DNA of 64,000 nt, from assembly GCA_046290645.1 (NCBI GenBank), contig JBKAGZ010000004.1, forward strand, positions 196,327 to 260,326, in the 5' to 3' direction. Shown one piece after another: positions 34,961 to 44,462 of the stretch (its first letter is position 1; each line of letters opens with the position of its first letter). The DNA comes from Hyphomicrobiales bacterium. Its GTDB lineage: Bacteria > Pseudomonadota > Alphaproteobacteria > Rhizobiales > MH13. A program made the position numbers and the translations under genes. The notes beneath the pieces were generated by a model. It ran no database searches, had not been told where the DNA came from, and saw only the letters and a program-made list of their open reading frames with translations.

Positions 34961-36472
34961 TTAGGCAGCAGCCTGTGTTGTTGGTTCTTGGCCGAGCGCG
35001 AGGGTGACGATCACCTCTTCGCTGGCCTCAGATTTTTCGATTGGGTCTGAAATTTTACCATCGCTCATGACGATGATGCGATCTGACATCGCAAGCAGCT
35101 CGGGCATCTCCGAGGAGATCATCATGATCGCCATGCCCTGCTGGGCCAGCTCGTCCATCAAGCGATAAATTTCCGCTTTTGCGCCTACGTCTACGGCGCG
35201 TGTTGGCTCATCGAGAATAAGAAGTTTCGGCTTGGCTGCCAGCCATCGGGCCAGCACCACTTTTTGCTGGTTGCCACCGGAAAGCTTCCCAACCTCCTGT
35301 TCCATGGACGGGGTTTTGATATCCAGCTGCCGCACATAGGGCACGACAGCGTCGATCATCTCGCGATTGCGCAAAATGCCCATTTTGGACAGCGAAGAGT
35401 AGATCGCCATCGACACGTTTTCGATGACCGAACGCACCAGAATAAGACCTTCGGCTTTCCTGTTTTCTGGCGCAAAGCCAATGTTGGCGGCAATGGCATC
35501 CGAAGGTGAGCGAATGTTGGTAATCTGCCCATCGATTTTAACGGTGCCACCTTCACGCGCATATTCACCGAACAGGACTTTGGCGAGCTCCGTGCGACCC
35601 GCTCCTACAAGGCCCGCAAAACCGACGATTTCTCCGGCGCGAATGGAGAAGCTGATATCGTCATGCCAACGGCTTTTCAGGTTCTCCACCTCAAGCACCA
35701 CATGGTCTGTGGTCGTTTCTTCGCGCTGGTAGCCATGCTCCAACTCGCGCCCAACCATAAGCCGAACGATCTCTTCTTCATTGGTCTGTTCAATGCGCAA
35801 GTCGCCGGTCGGCTCGCCATCTTTCAGGATCACCACGCGGTCTGCGATGCCCATGATCTCATGCAGGCGATGGGAGACGTAGATGACGCCCAGGCCTTCT
35901 TTTTTTAAAATCTCAATCAGCGCGAAAAGCGCATCCGTTTCCTTGCTGGTCAGCGATGATGTTGGCTCATCAAATGCAACAACCTTCACGCCATCTTTCA
36001 GCGCGCGCATGATCTCAACAATATGCATCTGCGCGGGGGACAGGGTGCGCCCAAGCTGATCAACATCGACCATGCCAGCGAACCCATAACGCTCAAGCAG
36101 GTCGTTGACCTTGCGGCGCATGGCAGCAAAATTCACTTTGCCGCGGGTGCTGGGGTATTCACCGACAAAGATATTTTCGATGACCGAAATATGGGGGACG
36201 ATTTCGGGCTCTTGGCGTACCAGCCGGAACCCGGCATTGCGCGCCGCCAGAGGGCTGGCGTGGCTGACCTCGACACCATCAAGACTCACTGAGCCTTCAT
36301 CAAGCTGATAGTCGCCGGAAAGGATCTTCAGGAGCGTCGACTTGCCAGCGCCGTTTTCGCCAACAAAGGCAACAACTTCACCTGCGTGGACGGACATGGA
36401 AACGTTGTAAAGCGCGCGAACACCGGGAAAAGACTTCCCAATTGCCCTGGCTTGAAGAAGGACCTTCGTCAC
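34961..36472 (-). CDS. sugar ABC transporter ATP-binding protein (RbsA-like, duplicated ABC domains)
   Basis: GENGAGKST, LSGGNQQKV and two nucleotide-binding domains. GTG 36472 (preceded by GGGGAAGAG) is preferred over GTG 36493. Confidence 0.9.
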   Translation of the reverse strand: MTKVLLQARAIGKSFPGVRALYNVSMSVHAGEVVAFVGENGAGKSTLLKILSGDYQLDEGSVSLDGVEVSHASPLAARNAGFRLVRQEPEIVPHISVIENIFVGEYPSTRGKVNFAAMRRKVNDLLERYGFAGMVDVDQLGRTLSPAQMHIVEIMRALKDGVKVVAFDEPTSSLTSKETDALFALIEILKKEGLGVIYVSHRLHEIMGIADRVVILKDGEPTGDLRIEQTNEEEIVRLMVGRELEHGYQREETTTDHVVLEVENLKSRWHDDISFSIRAGEIVGFAGLVGAGRTELAKVLFGEYAREGGTVKIDGQITNIRSPSDAIAANIGFAPENRKAEGLILVRSVIENVSMAIYSSLSKMGILRNREMIDAVVPYVRQLDIKTPSMEQEVGKLSGGNQQKVVLARWLAAKPKLLILDEPTRAVDVGAKAEIYRLMDELAQQGMAIMMISSEMPELLAMSDRIIVMSDGKISDPIEKSEASEEVIVTLALGQEPTTQAAA

Positions 36473-36498
36473 GTTCTCTTCCCCGGGAAACACTGTGC

Positions 36499-36537
36499 AA
36501 GAAAAGGCGGGCCCAGGCTTTTTTGCCCGGACCCGCC
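36499..36537 (-). terminator. intra-operon Rho-independent-type hairpin after SBP gene (attenuator/mRNA stabiliser)
   Basis: Minus strand: GGCGGGUCCGGGC-AAAAAA-GCCUGGGCCCGCC (13-bp stem with 2 mismatches) followed by UUUUCUU. It sits 14 nt after the SBP stop. Confidence 0.5.
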
Positions 36538-36550
36538 CTCGGGAGAGACC

Positions 36551-37522
36551 CTAATTGCAGGGCATGATGTCCGCATAGTTGGACGGATCAACGATCGTTG
36601 TGTTGGCGACTGTCTGTAAAGGCAGCGCTTCACCAGTTGTGACCGAGTTGATCAAGGCGCGGGCCGCAGCATCACCAACGTCAACGCCGGAGATGTACAG
36701 AGCCGCTTTGAAGGCGGTATCGATGCCTGCTTCCCAAGGGCGGCAAGCTTCATACGCACCCAGGCCGACAGCAATGATGTCGTCGGGCGCAAACCCGGCA
36801 TTGGCCAGCGCGTTGTTTGCACCCAACACGCCTTCATCATTGCATGCAAAGACCACCCATTTGTCGACCTGTGGATGGGCGGTGATCACCGGACCGGCGG
36901 CTGCCAGGCTGGTGTCCGCCGTGCCTTCATAGGCAACAGCGTAGATGTTCGCTTCATCGGCACCAGCTGCCAAAACCTGCTCACGCGCAGCATTGGTGCG
37001 GTCGTTGCAAACAGAGAGCGTCTGCACTTCAACGCTCAAAATGCCGTACGTGGCTCCGTCGAGCCAACCGGAAGCGGCCAGAAGTTCACCGGCGCGTTCA
37101 CCAACCTTGGTGCCCATGGCCGTGCCATCAAACCCGGCAAACGGAACAGGATTTCCATCACCATCCTCCAGCGGATCATCTGTCGCGATGACGGGGATGC
37201 CCGCTTCAGCGGCGGCCGCCGCGATTGCCGGGCCGAGCGCCTGATCTGGAGCGGTAATGGCGATGGCGTCCGCGCCACCTGCAATGGCATCAGAAATTGC
37301 GCTGATCGCAAGGTTGGCATCAAGCTCGACATTGATTGTGCGGGCGGTGAAGCCCAGCTCCTCAGCAGCTGCGACAAAGCCGTTGGCCTGATCGATGAAA
37401 TATTGCTGGGTGCCGCTCTTATAGATGGCGACAATCTCATCAGCGTTGGCAGCAACCGTTCCAGCAGACATGATAAGCGCTGCGGTTGTGGCCAGGGAAA
37501 GTGAAAGGCGTGTCGATCTCAT
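36551..37522 (-). CDS. sugar ABC transporter substrate-binding protein (RbsB-like, PBP type I)
   Basis: ATG 37522 is preceded by GGGAGG at 5-nt spacing. Signal peptide MRSTRLSLSLATTAALIMSAGTVAANA. Confidence 0.9.
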   Translation of the reverse strand: MRSTRLSLSLATTAALIMSAGTVAANADEIVAIYKSGTQQYFIDQANGFVAAAEELGFTARTINVELDANLAISAISDAIAGGADAIAITAPDQALGPAIAAAAAEAGIPVIATDDPLEDGDGNPVPFAGFDGTAMGTKVGERAGELLAASGWLDGATYGILSVEVQTLSVCNDRTNAAREQVLAAGADEANIYAVAYEGTADTSLAAAGPVITAHPQVDKWVVFACNDEGVLGANNALANAGFAPDDIIAVGLGAYEACRPWEAGIDTAFKAALYISGVDVGDAAARALINSVTTGEALPLQTVANTTIVDPSNYADIMPCN

Positions 37523-37566
37523 TGTTTCCTCCCGGGTATGGACCTTAGACATAAATGTTATTATCC

Positions 37567-37581
37567 GTTTATCTTATAAAG
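37567..37581. promoter_or_regulatory. GntR-type operator GTTTAT-CTT-ATAAAg
   Basis: Located in the divergent region between the SBP operon (start 37522, -) and the SDR gene (37610, +). A 14-nt core identical to this site occurs upstream of the GntR gene at 40436-40450. Confidence 0.65.
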
Positions 37582-37609
37582 TCAATTGACGGCAGGGAAG
37601 TGACAAAAA

Positions 37610-38389
37610 ATGCAACGACTTCAAGGCAAAACAGCCATTGTGACAGGTGGAGGCCAAGGCATAGGGGAGGCGATTGCCCGCCGTTTTGCACAAGAGGGTG
37701 CCAAGACAGTCGTCGCTGAACGCAACGCTGAGATAGGCGCGGCGACCGCGCAAAAACTGGCTGATGAAACTGGAAGTCAGGTACTGTTTGTGCACACCGA
37801 CGTTGCCGATGAGCCAAGTGTTGCCGCCATGTATCAGGCAACAAAAGCCGCTTTCGGGTCAGCTGATATTCTGGTCAATAACGCTGGTATCGCTGTGTTC
37901 AAAGAGCCTCTAGACTGCACGCGCGAAGATTGGTTGCGCTGCATGTCTGTCGATCTGGACGGCGTATGGACCTGCTGTCGAACTGTTTTGCCAGATATGC
38001 TGGAAAAGCATGACGGAGCGATCATCAACATCATTTCCAATCATGCCTTCTCAGTGATCAAATCCACCTTTCCCTACCCGGTTGCCAAGCACGCTTTGCT
38101 TGGCCTCACGCGCTCACTGGGGTTGGAGTACGCTGACAAAGGTGTCGCAGTGAACGCCATTTCACCGGGCTACACAGAAACACCTCTGGTGCGGGCCTAT
38201 TTTGAAACGTTTGACGACCCTGCTGCTGAGCGAGCTCGAGTTGAGGCACAACAGCCAGTTGGCCGCCTCTGTCAGCCCGACGAGATAGCAGCCGTCGCAG
38301 CGATGCTGGCTTCAGATGAAGCACGCTTCATGGTTGGCGAAAACATTGTGATCGACGGCGGCGTCACAATCCGCATGTATGAGGATTAG
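37610..38389 (+). CDS. SDR family oxidoreductase
   Basis: TGGGQGIGEAIA cofactor motif, NNAG, and catalytic YPVAK (YxxxK). Confidence 0.9.
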   Translation: MQRLQGKTAIVTGGGQGIGEAIARRFAQEGAKTVVAERNAEIGAATAQKLADETGSQVLFVHTDVADEPSVAAMYQATKAAFGSADILVNNAGIAVFKEPLDCTREDWLRCMSVDLDGVWTCCRTVLPDMLEKHDGAIINIISNHAFSVIKSTFPYPVAKHALLGLTRSLGLEYADKGVAVNAISPGYTETPLVRAYFETFDDPAAERARVEAQQPVGRLCQPDEIAAVAAMLASDEARFMVGENIVIDGGVTIRMYED

Positions 38390-38488
38390 AGCGTTTCGCG
38401 TTTAGCTCAAGACACAGAGCATCACATAACGCGTTGAAATCTTTGATTTCAGGCAGCGTTCTATGAATCAAGTTTAACGCAAAACGCT

Positions 38489-39568
38489 TTAGGATTGGAA
38501 CGCCTTGCGCGCAGCAATCGCGGTCAGCACCGGCCCTTGACCCCAAGGCACGATTTTGTTCACCGGCACGTGCCAGTAGTGTTCTTCCACGAGCGCGGAC
38601 ATGACCGCAGCCGATACGCCCATCAGATTGCCTTGCGCGTCCAGATTGCCAACCATAGCCTGATAGGCAAGCTCAGCAGGTTCTTCAAATTGCTCGCGTG
38701 GCAACAGCCCCCAAGCCATGCCGCGATAAAAAGCCGTAGCCATGAAGGCCGCTGTTGAAGATTCCTCGCCCGAACGCGGCTCATGCGCCAACGACCACCA
38801 ATTGCCGTCAGCGCGTTGATAGCCGAGCATCTGCCGCGCCAAGGCCAGCCCTTCGGCTTTGACCTGGTCCAGCTTGGCGTGCGCGCTGACATAATGGGCT
38901 ACATCAAGCAGACCCAGCAACGCCCAACCCTGACCACGCGCCCAGCCACGGGTGTAGGATCGGCCAACATTTTCAAGCCAAAAATGATTGTAGAGCCCCG
39001 TACCTTCATCAAACAGCAGGGGCCCGTAACCCAAAATCTCATCAACTGCATGGTCGTCCCAGCCATTGCCTGGATCGAGCCGCGAGAGATGGGCAAAGAA
39101 CGGCGGATCAAAATGCATACAGTCAAGATAAATGCCTGGACCAGGGTTTCTCATCTGATCGGCTTCCTCGGTTGAGAGTTTTACACCCCCATAAGGCTCG
39201 CGCAGAGACCGCAGCGTGTCCTCAAACGTCACAGAAACACCGCCAACCTTGCGTCGATCACGCAAATGACAGGCCAGCTCCAGCACAGCGGCTTTTAGTA
39301 CGTCGTCGCCGGTACGCTCCACGACATCACACATCACATGACCCGGCGCCGTGTTATCATCAGGTAGGAAGGGGCAAACGCGCGTGCCCCAAGCGCGGAA
39401 AAAGCCGTGCGAGAAATCAAGCCATTTGCGATCTTCCAGGGTATCGGAAGCGGCAACAAGCCCTTCGAACCCGATGGAATCGCCGTAAAACCAGCCCTGA
39501 AAGGCGTGCGCCATCAGCCGGTCGGCAACCGCGCTAACCAGCGGTGCACGAACATCATTGTCTTGCAT
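38489..39568 (-). CDS. glycoside hydrolase family 88/105-like (unsaturated uronyl hydrolase-like)
   Basis: 359 aa with alpha/alpha-barrel type blocks (WARGQGWALLGL, EESSTAAFMATAF). No signal peptide. Lies 14 nt downstream of the GntR gene. Confidence 0.7.
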   Translation of the reverse strand: MQDNDVRAPLVSAVADRLMAHAFQGWFYGDSIGFEGLVAASDTLEDRKWLDFSHGFFRAWGTRVCPFLPDDNTAPGHVMCDVVERTGDDVLKAAVLELACHLRDRRKVGGVSVTFEDTLRSLREPYGGVKLSTEEADQMRNPGPGIYLDCMHFDPPFFAHLSRLDPGNGWDDHAVDEILGYGPLLFDEGTGLYNHFWLENVGRSYTRGWARGQGWALLGLLDVAHYVSAHAKLDQVKAEGLALARQMLGYQRADGNWWSLAHEPRSGEESSTAAFMATAFYRGMAWGLLPREQFEEPAELAYQAMVGNLDAQGNLMGVSAAVMSALVEEHYWHVPVNKIVPWGQGPVLTAIAARKAFQS

Positions 39569-39582
39569 GACTATCCTGTTTG

Positions 39583-40419
39583 TTATCCGCTCTGACGTCT
39601 CTGAACAGCACCGTCAGATCCAGGGGATTGATCAAGCAATTGAAACCCTTGCTTGGCATCGTCAATCGCACATTGAATGAGGGTGCGCATGGCCGCTTCT
39701 GTTGCCTCTGGATCACGCGCTATGAAAGCCTGAAAAACACGCTCATGGAGGGCGTGGCTTTCATCCATACCAATCATTGTGCTGGTGTAGCCTTTTGCCG
39801 TCATCTGCAGGTCCAGCAGCAAACCGAGCGCCGCCTCAATGACCGAGAACAGCTGCTCCAGCAGTTCCGATTGCACCGCTCCAATCAGTGCGCGGTGGAA
39901 CTCAAGGTCCGTTGTGATGAAGGCCTCGCGGCGCGCCTCATGTGACCCAGTCGCATTGTCATACACATACTGCTTGGCCTGCCATGCGGCCTTGACTCGC
40001 TCAATGTGCTCCTGGTGCGCGCTTTGCGCTGCGAGATAGGCAATGCCTGGTTCCATGACCAAGCGCAGTTTTAAAAGATCGCGCAACAGTGACTCAGTAT
40101 CACCTGCTTTGATCCGCCATTCCATAACGTCGGGGTCAAGCAGTCGCCATTTTGACCGCGGCTGGATACGCGTACCATCGGACGTTTTGGAGCGTATCAT
40201 GCCCTTGGCACCAAGAATGCGGAAGGACTCACGAATGACGGACCGACTGACCCCCAGTTGATCCACCAGATCGGCTTCGCGTGTAACCGCTTCGCCTTCA
40301 CCCCATTCGCCTGAGGCAATGCGCGTACCCAAATGCTCAACGGCGCTGCCTAAGATGCCGCGTAGCTCAATCGCGCCGTCCAGCAATGAATTTGGCCCGA
40401 TTCCGCCACGATTGATCAC
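39583..40419 (-). CDS. GntR family transcriptional regulator (FadR/FCD subfamily)
   Basis: HTH EADLVDQLGVSRSVIRESFRILGAKGMI plus a helical FCD-type C-terminus. GTG start preceded by GGAGG at 7-nt spacing. Confidence 0.9.
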   Translation of the reverse strand: MINRGGIGPNSLLDGAIELRGILGSAVEHLGTRIASGEWGEGEAVTREADLVDQLGVSRSVIRESFRILGAKGMIRSKTSDGTRIQPRSKWRLLDPDVMEWRIKAGDTESLLRDLLKLRLVMEPGIAYLAAQSAHQEHIERVKAAWQAKQYVYDNATGSHEARREAFITTDLEFHRALIGAVQSELLEQLFSVIEAALGLLLDLQMTAKGYTSTMIGMDESHALHERVFQAFIARDPEATEAAMRTLIQCAIDDAKQGFQLLDQSPGSDGAVQRRQSG

Positions 40420-40435
40420 GAAGATTCCTCCATTT

Positions 40436-40450
40436 GTTTATAAGATAAAC
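40436..40450. promoter_or_regulatory. GntR-type operator, perfect inverted repeat GTTTAT-AAG-ATAAAC
   Basis: 17 nt upstream of the GntR start codon. Reverse complement of the 37567-37581 site. Confidence 0.65.
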
Positions 40451-40964
40451 CGACTTATAGGGAGGGGCAAGCCTCAATTGTCTCCACATGAGCCGTTGCA
40501 GTCGGGCTGGCCATCTCCCCCAGAACCACCACGAGAAGTTTCCATCGACAGACGGTCAGACCATTGTCTGGCGTTTGATTGGACAAAGCGCAAGAAAGGA
40601 TAGGGGGGCCTTAAATCTGTATCCCGTTTAACTGCCGAAACAGCAAACCCCAAAAATCGAAGGATACCGCAGCAGAGAAACGATTGGGATTCAATCGATC
40701 AGAAGGTCTGCTCTCAGCCCAATTCAAAGCTTGGTTGTGGATTGCCACTTGGCCGCTTGGCCCACATCACGGACCTCAGATCCATCCGCCCGCGCGTTTT
40801 CAACCAATGGCGGCTGTCAGGAAGGTAGGCTGCAGGCTTGCCGCTGCTCTTGAACTGCGATTTTGGGCCCATTGCGTTGAAAAAGTCGTTTGATCTGACG
40901 TTCTGATACCCGTTACCAATCTCTTTCGAAGCCCGATCTGGGGTTCGCGTCTCGCAACGCACTT

Positions 40965-43013
40965 TTAGAACGCCATACCCACTGTGATTTGGCCATCGAA
41001 GCCTTGGGCTGTGTCGCCGAGGAGGTAGTTGGCATCGAGTTCCAAAAAGGCTGTCTCGCCCAAGGCGCTGCGCAAGGTGGCGCCGAGGGTGGCAGCGTTG
41101 AGGTTTTGGGTGTCTGAGGCCACGGTTTGGGTGACACTGTTGAGCGTGATGCTGGCGCCATCATCGCCGGTGCTCCAGCGACCCAGATAGCCGATGCGTC
41201 CGGTGAGGGTGCCGAACGCGAAGTTGCGGGTGACATCCAGCCCGGCGCGGGCTTCCAGGGTACCGACAAAGCGATCCTCGACAGTTGCATTGGCGGCTGG
41301 GCTGACGGCGCCGGATTCTGAATAGCCGCCCAGCCATTGCGCTGCGTAGCGTAGGCCCGCATTGGGTGTCAGTGTCTGGCCGCTTTCCAGCGCGATGTCG
41401 GTAGAGAATCCAAGTTCTGGGCTGACAAAGAACCCGCCATAGTCGGCGCTGACCCAGCTTTCGCCCAGCGGTGCCAGATTGTCGTTGACGAAGCGATTGT
41501 GATCGATTTGAGAATAACCCGCGGTCAGCCCGAACTGTAGGGCACCTGAACCAAAAGTCCCCCAACCCAGTTGGTGCTCGCCATGCAGGCTGGCAAACAG
41601 GGTGTGGGTGTCATGATCGAAGGAGGGCGCCCATACCGCATCGGCTTCGTTGGAGCCCATCACATAGCCCGCCATGGCCGACAGCGTCGTCCCTGGCGTG
41701 TGCTGCCAAGTGGTGCCACCGGCAAAGCCAAAATGCCCGATGGTGCTGTCGAGTGTCGTGCCGCCGCCGTCATGGTCCATCTGACCACCAAGCACGGTCG
41801 CCCAGACCTGGCCAAAACGGTGGCCAGCGTCCCTGTGCATGGCCCGTTCGGCAGCCTGGACGCCGGCCGGATAGCTTTCACCCGGCTGATAGGCCAACGG
41901 ACCAGTGCCGCCTGACCCAAAACCCGCACCCAAACCCGCACCAAAACCTTCCACTGCGCCAAGACCGACCCGTGACAGAAGGCGTGTCAGGTCGCCCAGC
42001 GCGTGGCTCTCAGAGGCCAACAACGTTGGATCGAATGTCGCAACAGTCTGCGTCGCGGTATTGTAGAACCAAGGCACGCTGCCAGAGAAGTTCGGTGCAC
42101 CACCAGCCAAGTCATTGGGCGCCCCCATTTCCCAAAGAATCGAATGCGATGGCCCGGTGACGATGTTGACGGTTGTTTGCGTGCCACCAACGCTTCTGCT
42201 TCCAAAATCAATATTGCCGCCGATGAAACCAGGCGCCAGCAGGTTGATGGTGTCGTCGGCAGCGCTGGCGTCGGAGACACTGATCGCTTCGCCTTGCACC
42301 GAGATGATGCGGCCCGAATTGGTCACCACCACGCCGCCGCTTAGTTCAATACCCTCGGCATTCAATCCAGTGGTCCAAATGGTGCCTGTGTTAACGACGA
42401 CCCCGCCCTCGTTCAGTTGCACGGCCGCAGCGTCTGTCGAACTGGTGGCAATGAGACCGGAGTTAATCACCGTGCCGGGTCGGAGGAAAAAAACGGCCGA
42501 ATTGCCATCGTCGGTGGTCCTTATTATGCCGGTGTTAACCAGTGTGGTTCCGCCACTGTTCACTGTAGCAAAGAGGGCATGGCTAGTCTGGCTCTCAATG
42601 GTTCCGTTGTTCACAATGTACGAATTGGCGCCCTCAACTTGCACGCCGATGGTCGCTGTGCCGCCTGGGGCGACGACACCGTCAACCGTGCCGTTGATTG
42701 TGATGCGCGCATTGGCCCCGCGTGACTCGATACCGCGGGCTGTGCTGTCCGTACTCACCACCCGAACACGTCCGTCGACCACGATCACATTGTTTGCCCC
42801 GTCTGCGAAGATGCCCTCTGCGGCGTCGCCGGTAACCGTGATTGAGCCATTCTCGGTGACGGTTATCTGGTCGTCACCATCAATCGTCGGGCCACGATTG
42901 GTGCTTGTCTGCGCATCATCGATCACGATGACTTGCTGCGCGGGCGCCGGGCTGATGGCCAGCGCCAGGGCTATGGCGGTTGAAGAGGCAAGGACGCCCA
43001 AGCGACCACGCAT
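40965..43013 (-). CDS. autotransporter outer-membrane protein (repeat-rich passenger + C-terminal beta-barrel)
   Basis: ATG 43013 gives signal peptide MRGRLGVLASSTAIALALAISPAPAQQ. The passenger is Gly/Thr/Asn/Val-rich with beta-helix-like repeats. The C-terminus ends in ...QITVGMAF (terminal Phe). Confidence 0.85.
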   Translation of the reverse strand: MRGRLGVLASSTAIALALAISPAPAQQVIVIDDAQTSTNRGPTIDGDDQITVTENGSITVTGDAAEGIFADGANNVIVVDGRVRVVSTDSTARGIESRGANARITINGTVDGVVAPGGTATIGVQVEGANSYIVNNGTIESQTSHALFATVNSGGTTLVNTGIIRTTDDGNSAVFFLRPGTVINSGLIATSSTDAAAVQLNEGGVVVNTGTIWTTGLNAEGIELSGGVVVTNSGRIISVQGEAISVSDASAADDTINLLAPGFIGGNIDFGSRSVGGTQTTVNIVTGPSHSILWEMGAPNDLAGGAPNFSGSVPWFYNTATQTVATFDPTLLASESHALGDLTRLLSRVGLGAVEGFGAGLGAGFGSGGTGPLAYQPGESYPAGVQAAERAMHRDAGHRFGQVWATVLGGQMDHDGGGTTLDSTIGHFGFAGGTTWQHTPGTTLSAMAGYVMGSNEADAVWAPSFDHDTHTLFASLHGEHQLGWGTFGSGALQFGLTAGYSQIDHNRFVNDNLAPLGESWVSADYGGFFVSPELGFSTDIALESGQTLTPNAGLRYAAQWLGGYSESGAVSPAANATVEDRFVGTLEARAGLDVTRNFAFGTLTGRIGYLGRWSTGDDGASITLNSVTQTVASDTQNLNAATLGATLRSALGETAFLELDANYLLGDTAQGFDGQITVGMAF

Positions 43014-43362
43014 CACGACATGACTGGCGCAGACAGGGACCCTCTTGCTGGGCTTGGTGTCGCTTGGCCAAACAGTGTGTGTCATCATGGTGTCCGCATG
43101 GAGAGTGAAGCACGCGCGACGCGCCCCTCGTCACGGGCCAAGACATAAACGCCCATGCAAGGCGATGATATTCCACTGGATTCTCATCTTTGTTGGCTGT
43201 GCGTCTCACCGGCTCGCTCTCTTGGCTAGCCGTCTCACAAATCTTGGCTGTACGTCTTATGGCACCGACCGACGGACGTGCCGTGACAGCGGACTCGGCT
43301 TGGTCGGTGTCGCTTGCTGATGCAGGTTGTCTGTGATTCCCAAAGCTAGGCGGTCCGGTGAC

Positions 43363-44337
43363 CTAGCTGTGCCGAATATGGTCTAGCCAATGTTCGACAA
43401 TGCGGATTTGATCCGACGGCGCACCCGAACCCGGGTGTATGCCTGTCGAAAGACAGGCCGATGGCGATAGGCCGAACCGGTCACGAAACAGCCGGTTGAA
43501 ATGCTTGGGGTCGGTGAAGTGCCATCGCCGAGCGACCGCTGAGACTTGACCGCGCGACGGCTTGGCTCCCGCAAGTTCAAAAAAGCATCGGTCTAAACGG
43601 CGGTTGCGGATGTGGCGCGCGACGCCGCCTTCTTTCTCAAAGTGCCGGTAGAGCGTTGCACGCGACACGTCGAAAACGGCCGCGAGCGTATCGACACCAA
43701 GGCTGGGATCATGAAGGTTCGTGGCAATGTAATCCTGCACAAGAAGCGTCAAGGGAAGGTCGCGGTCCTCGCTCGGCGCTTCGCCAGGTCTCGGCCCGAG
43801 CATGAGCTGGCGCACCAGCCCAACAAAGGTCTGCGCAATCAGCGCGGCGTCCTGTGCGGTTCTGTCGGTGTGTGTGTTCAGCAGTTCGGCATGCGCAGCG
43901 GCCAGCAACCGGCCCTTGGGCGAGTCCATCTCAACCGAGGTGAAGGCGGGCTCCTCGCCGCGTTGGTAGCCGAGCAGCGCGTGTGGAATGCAAATGCCGC
44001 GGCTAAGGCTGCGCGCCTTCATTGACACATAACGCTGGGACATATCGATGACGTGCAAGCGCGAGGGCGAAACATCGAACCCGATATCACCGACTTCGGC
44101 CTGCCCGCCGCCCTCATAGAAGCGCTCGAACAGCAGATAGTCGTGGCATACATCCTTACGGGTGGTCGGGTCGTGAATGAGCATCTGGGCAGGCGTGGCG
44201 ACCTTGGCCATAAAGAGACCGTCTGTCTCCTCAATCTCAATGTCGACGCCTGCGCGCTCAGCCGGCTCGCGCGGGTAGACCTCGTAGATAGGCGAGGCAA
44301 GCTCTCGCCACTGTTCCAGATCAAGGTGCATGATCAC
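43363..44337 (-). CDS. AraC family transcriptional regulator
   Basis: C-terminal double HTH (VDTLAAVFDVSRATLYRHF ... WHFTDPKHFNRLFRDRFGLSPS). Confidence 0.9.
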   Translation of the reverse strand: MIMHLDLEQWRELASPIYEVYPREPAERAGVDIEIEETDGLFMAKVATPAQMLIHDPTTRKDVCHDYLLFERFYEGGGQAEVGDIGFDVSPSRLHVIDMSQRYVSMKARSLSRGICIPHALLGYQRGEEPAFTSVEMDSPKGRLLAAAHAELLNTHTDRTAQDAALIAQTFVGLVRQLMLGPRPGEAPSEDRDLPLTLLVQDYIATNLHDPSLGVDTLAAVFDVSRATLYRHFEKEGGVARHIRNRRLDRCFFELAGAKPSRGQVSAVARRWHFTDPKHFNRLFRDRFGLSPSACLSTGIHPGSGAPSDQIRIVEHWLDHIRHS

Positions 44338-44462
44338 ATCGTGTTGTGCATTCCAAACGACCTACCCGCGCACTGATCACAAGTGTGGCAACAACAGCGC
44401 AGGCGAGCGGACCGAAACGGCCCGCCAGCCCGGTTTACTAGCAGCTACCAAGCCGACTGTCG

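Noticed and set aside
40684-40962. Possible IS5-type transposase relic
   Set aside because: The resemblance is limited to a few residues (…WIATW… versus …RIATRYDK…). There are no inverted repeats, no DDE motif and no intact ORF.
42115-43023. 302-aa plus-strand ORF
   Set aside because: It is antisense to the autotransporter passenger region. The Pro/Ser/Thr/Val-rich translation mirrors the repetitive Gly/Thr/Asn codons opposite, so it is a shadow ORF.
43202-43249. Direct repeats CGTCTCAC and TCTTGGCT (two copies each) upstream of the autotransporter gene
   Set aside because: The spacing between the two motif types is inconsistent (10 versus 3 nt) and the repeats are short, so this could be chance. 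It is not strong enough to call a regulatory site.
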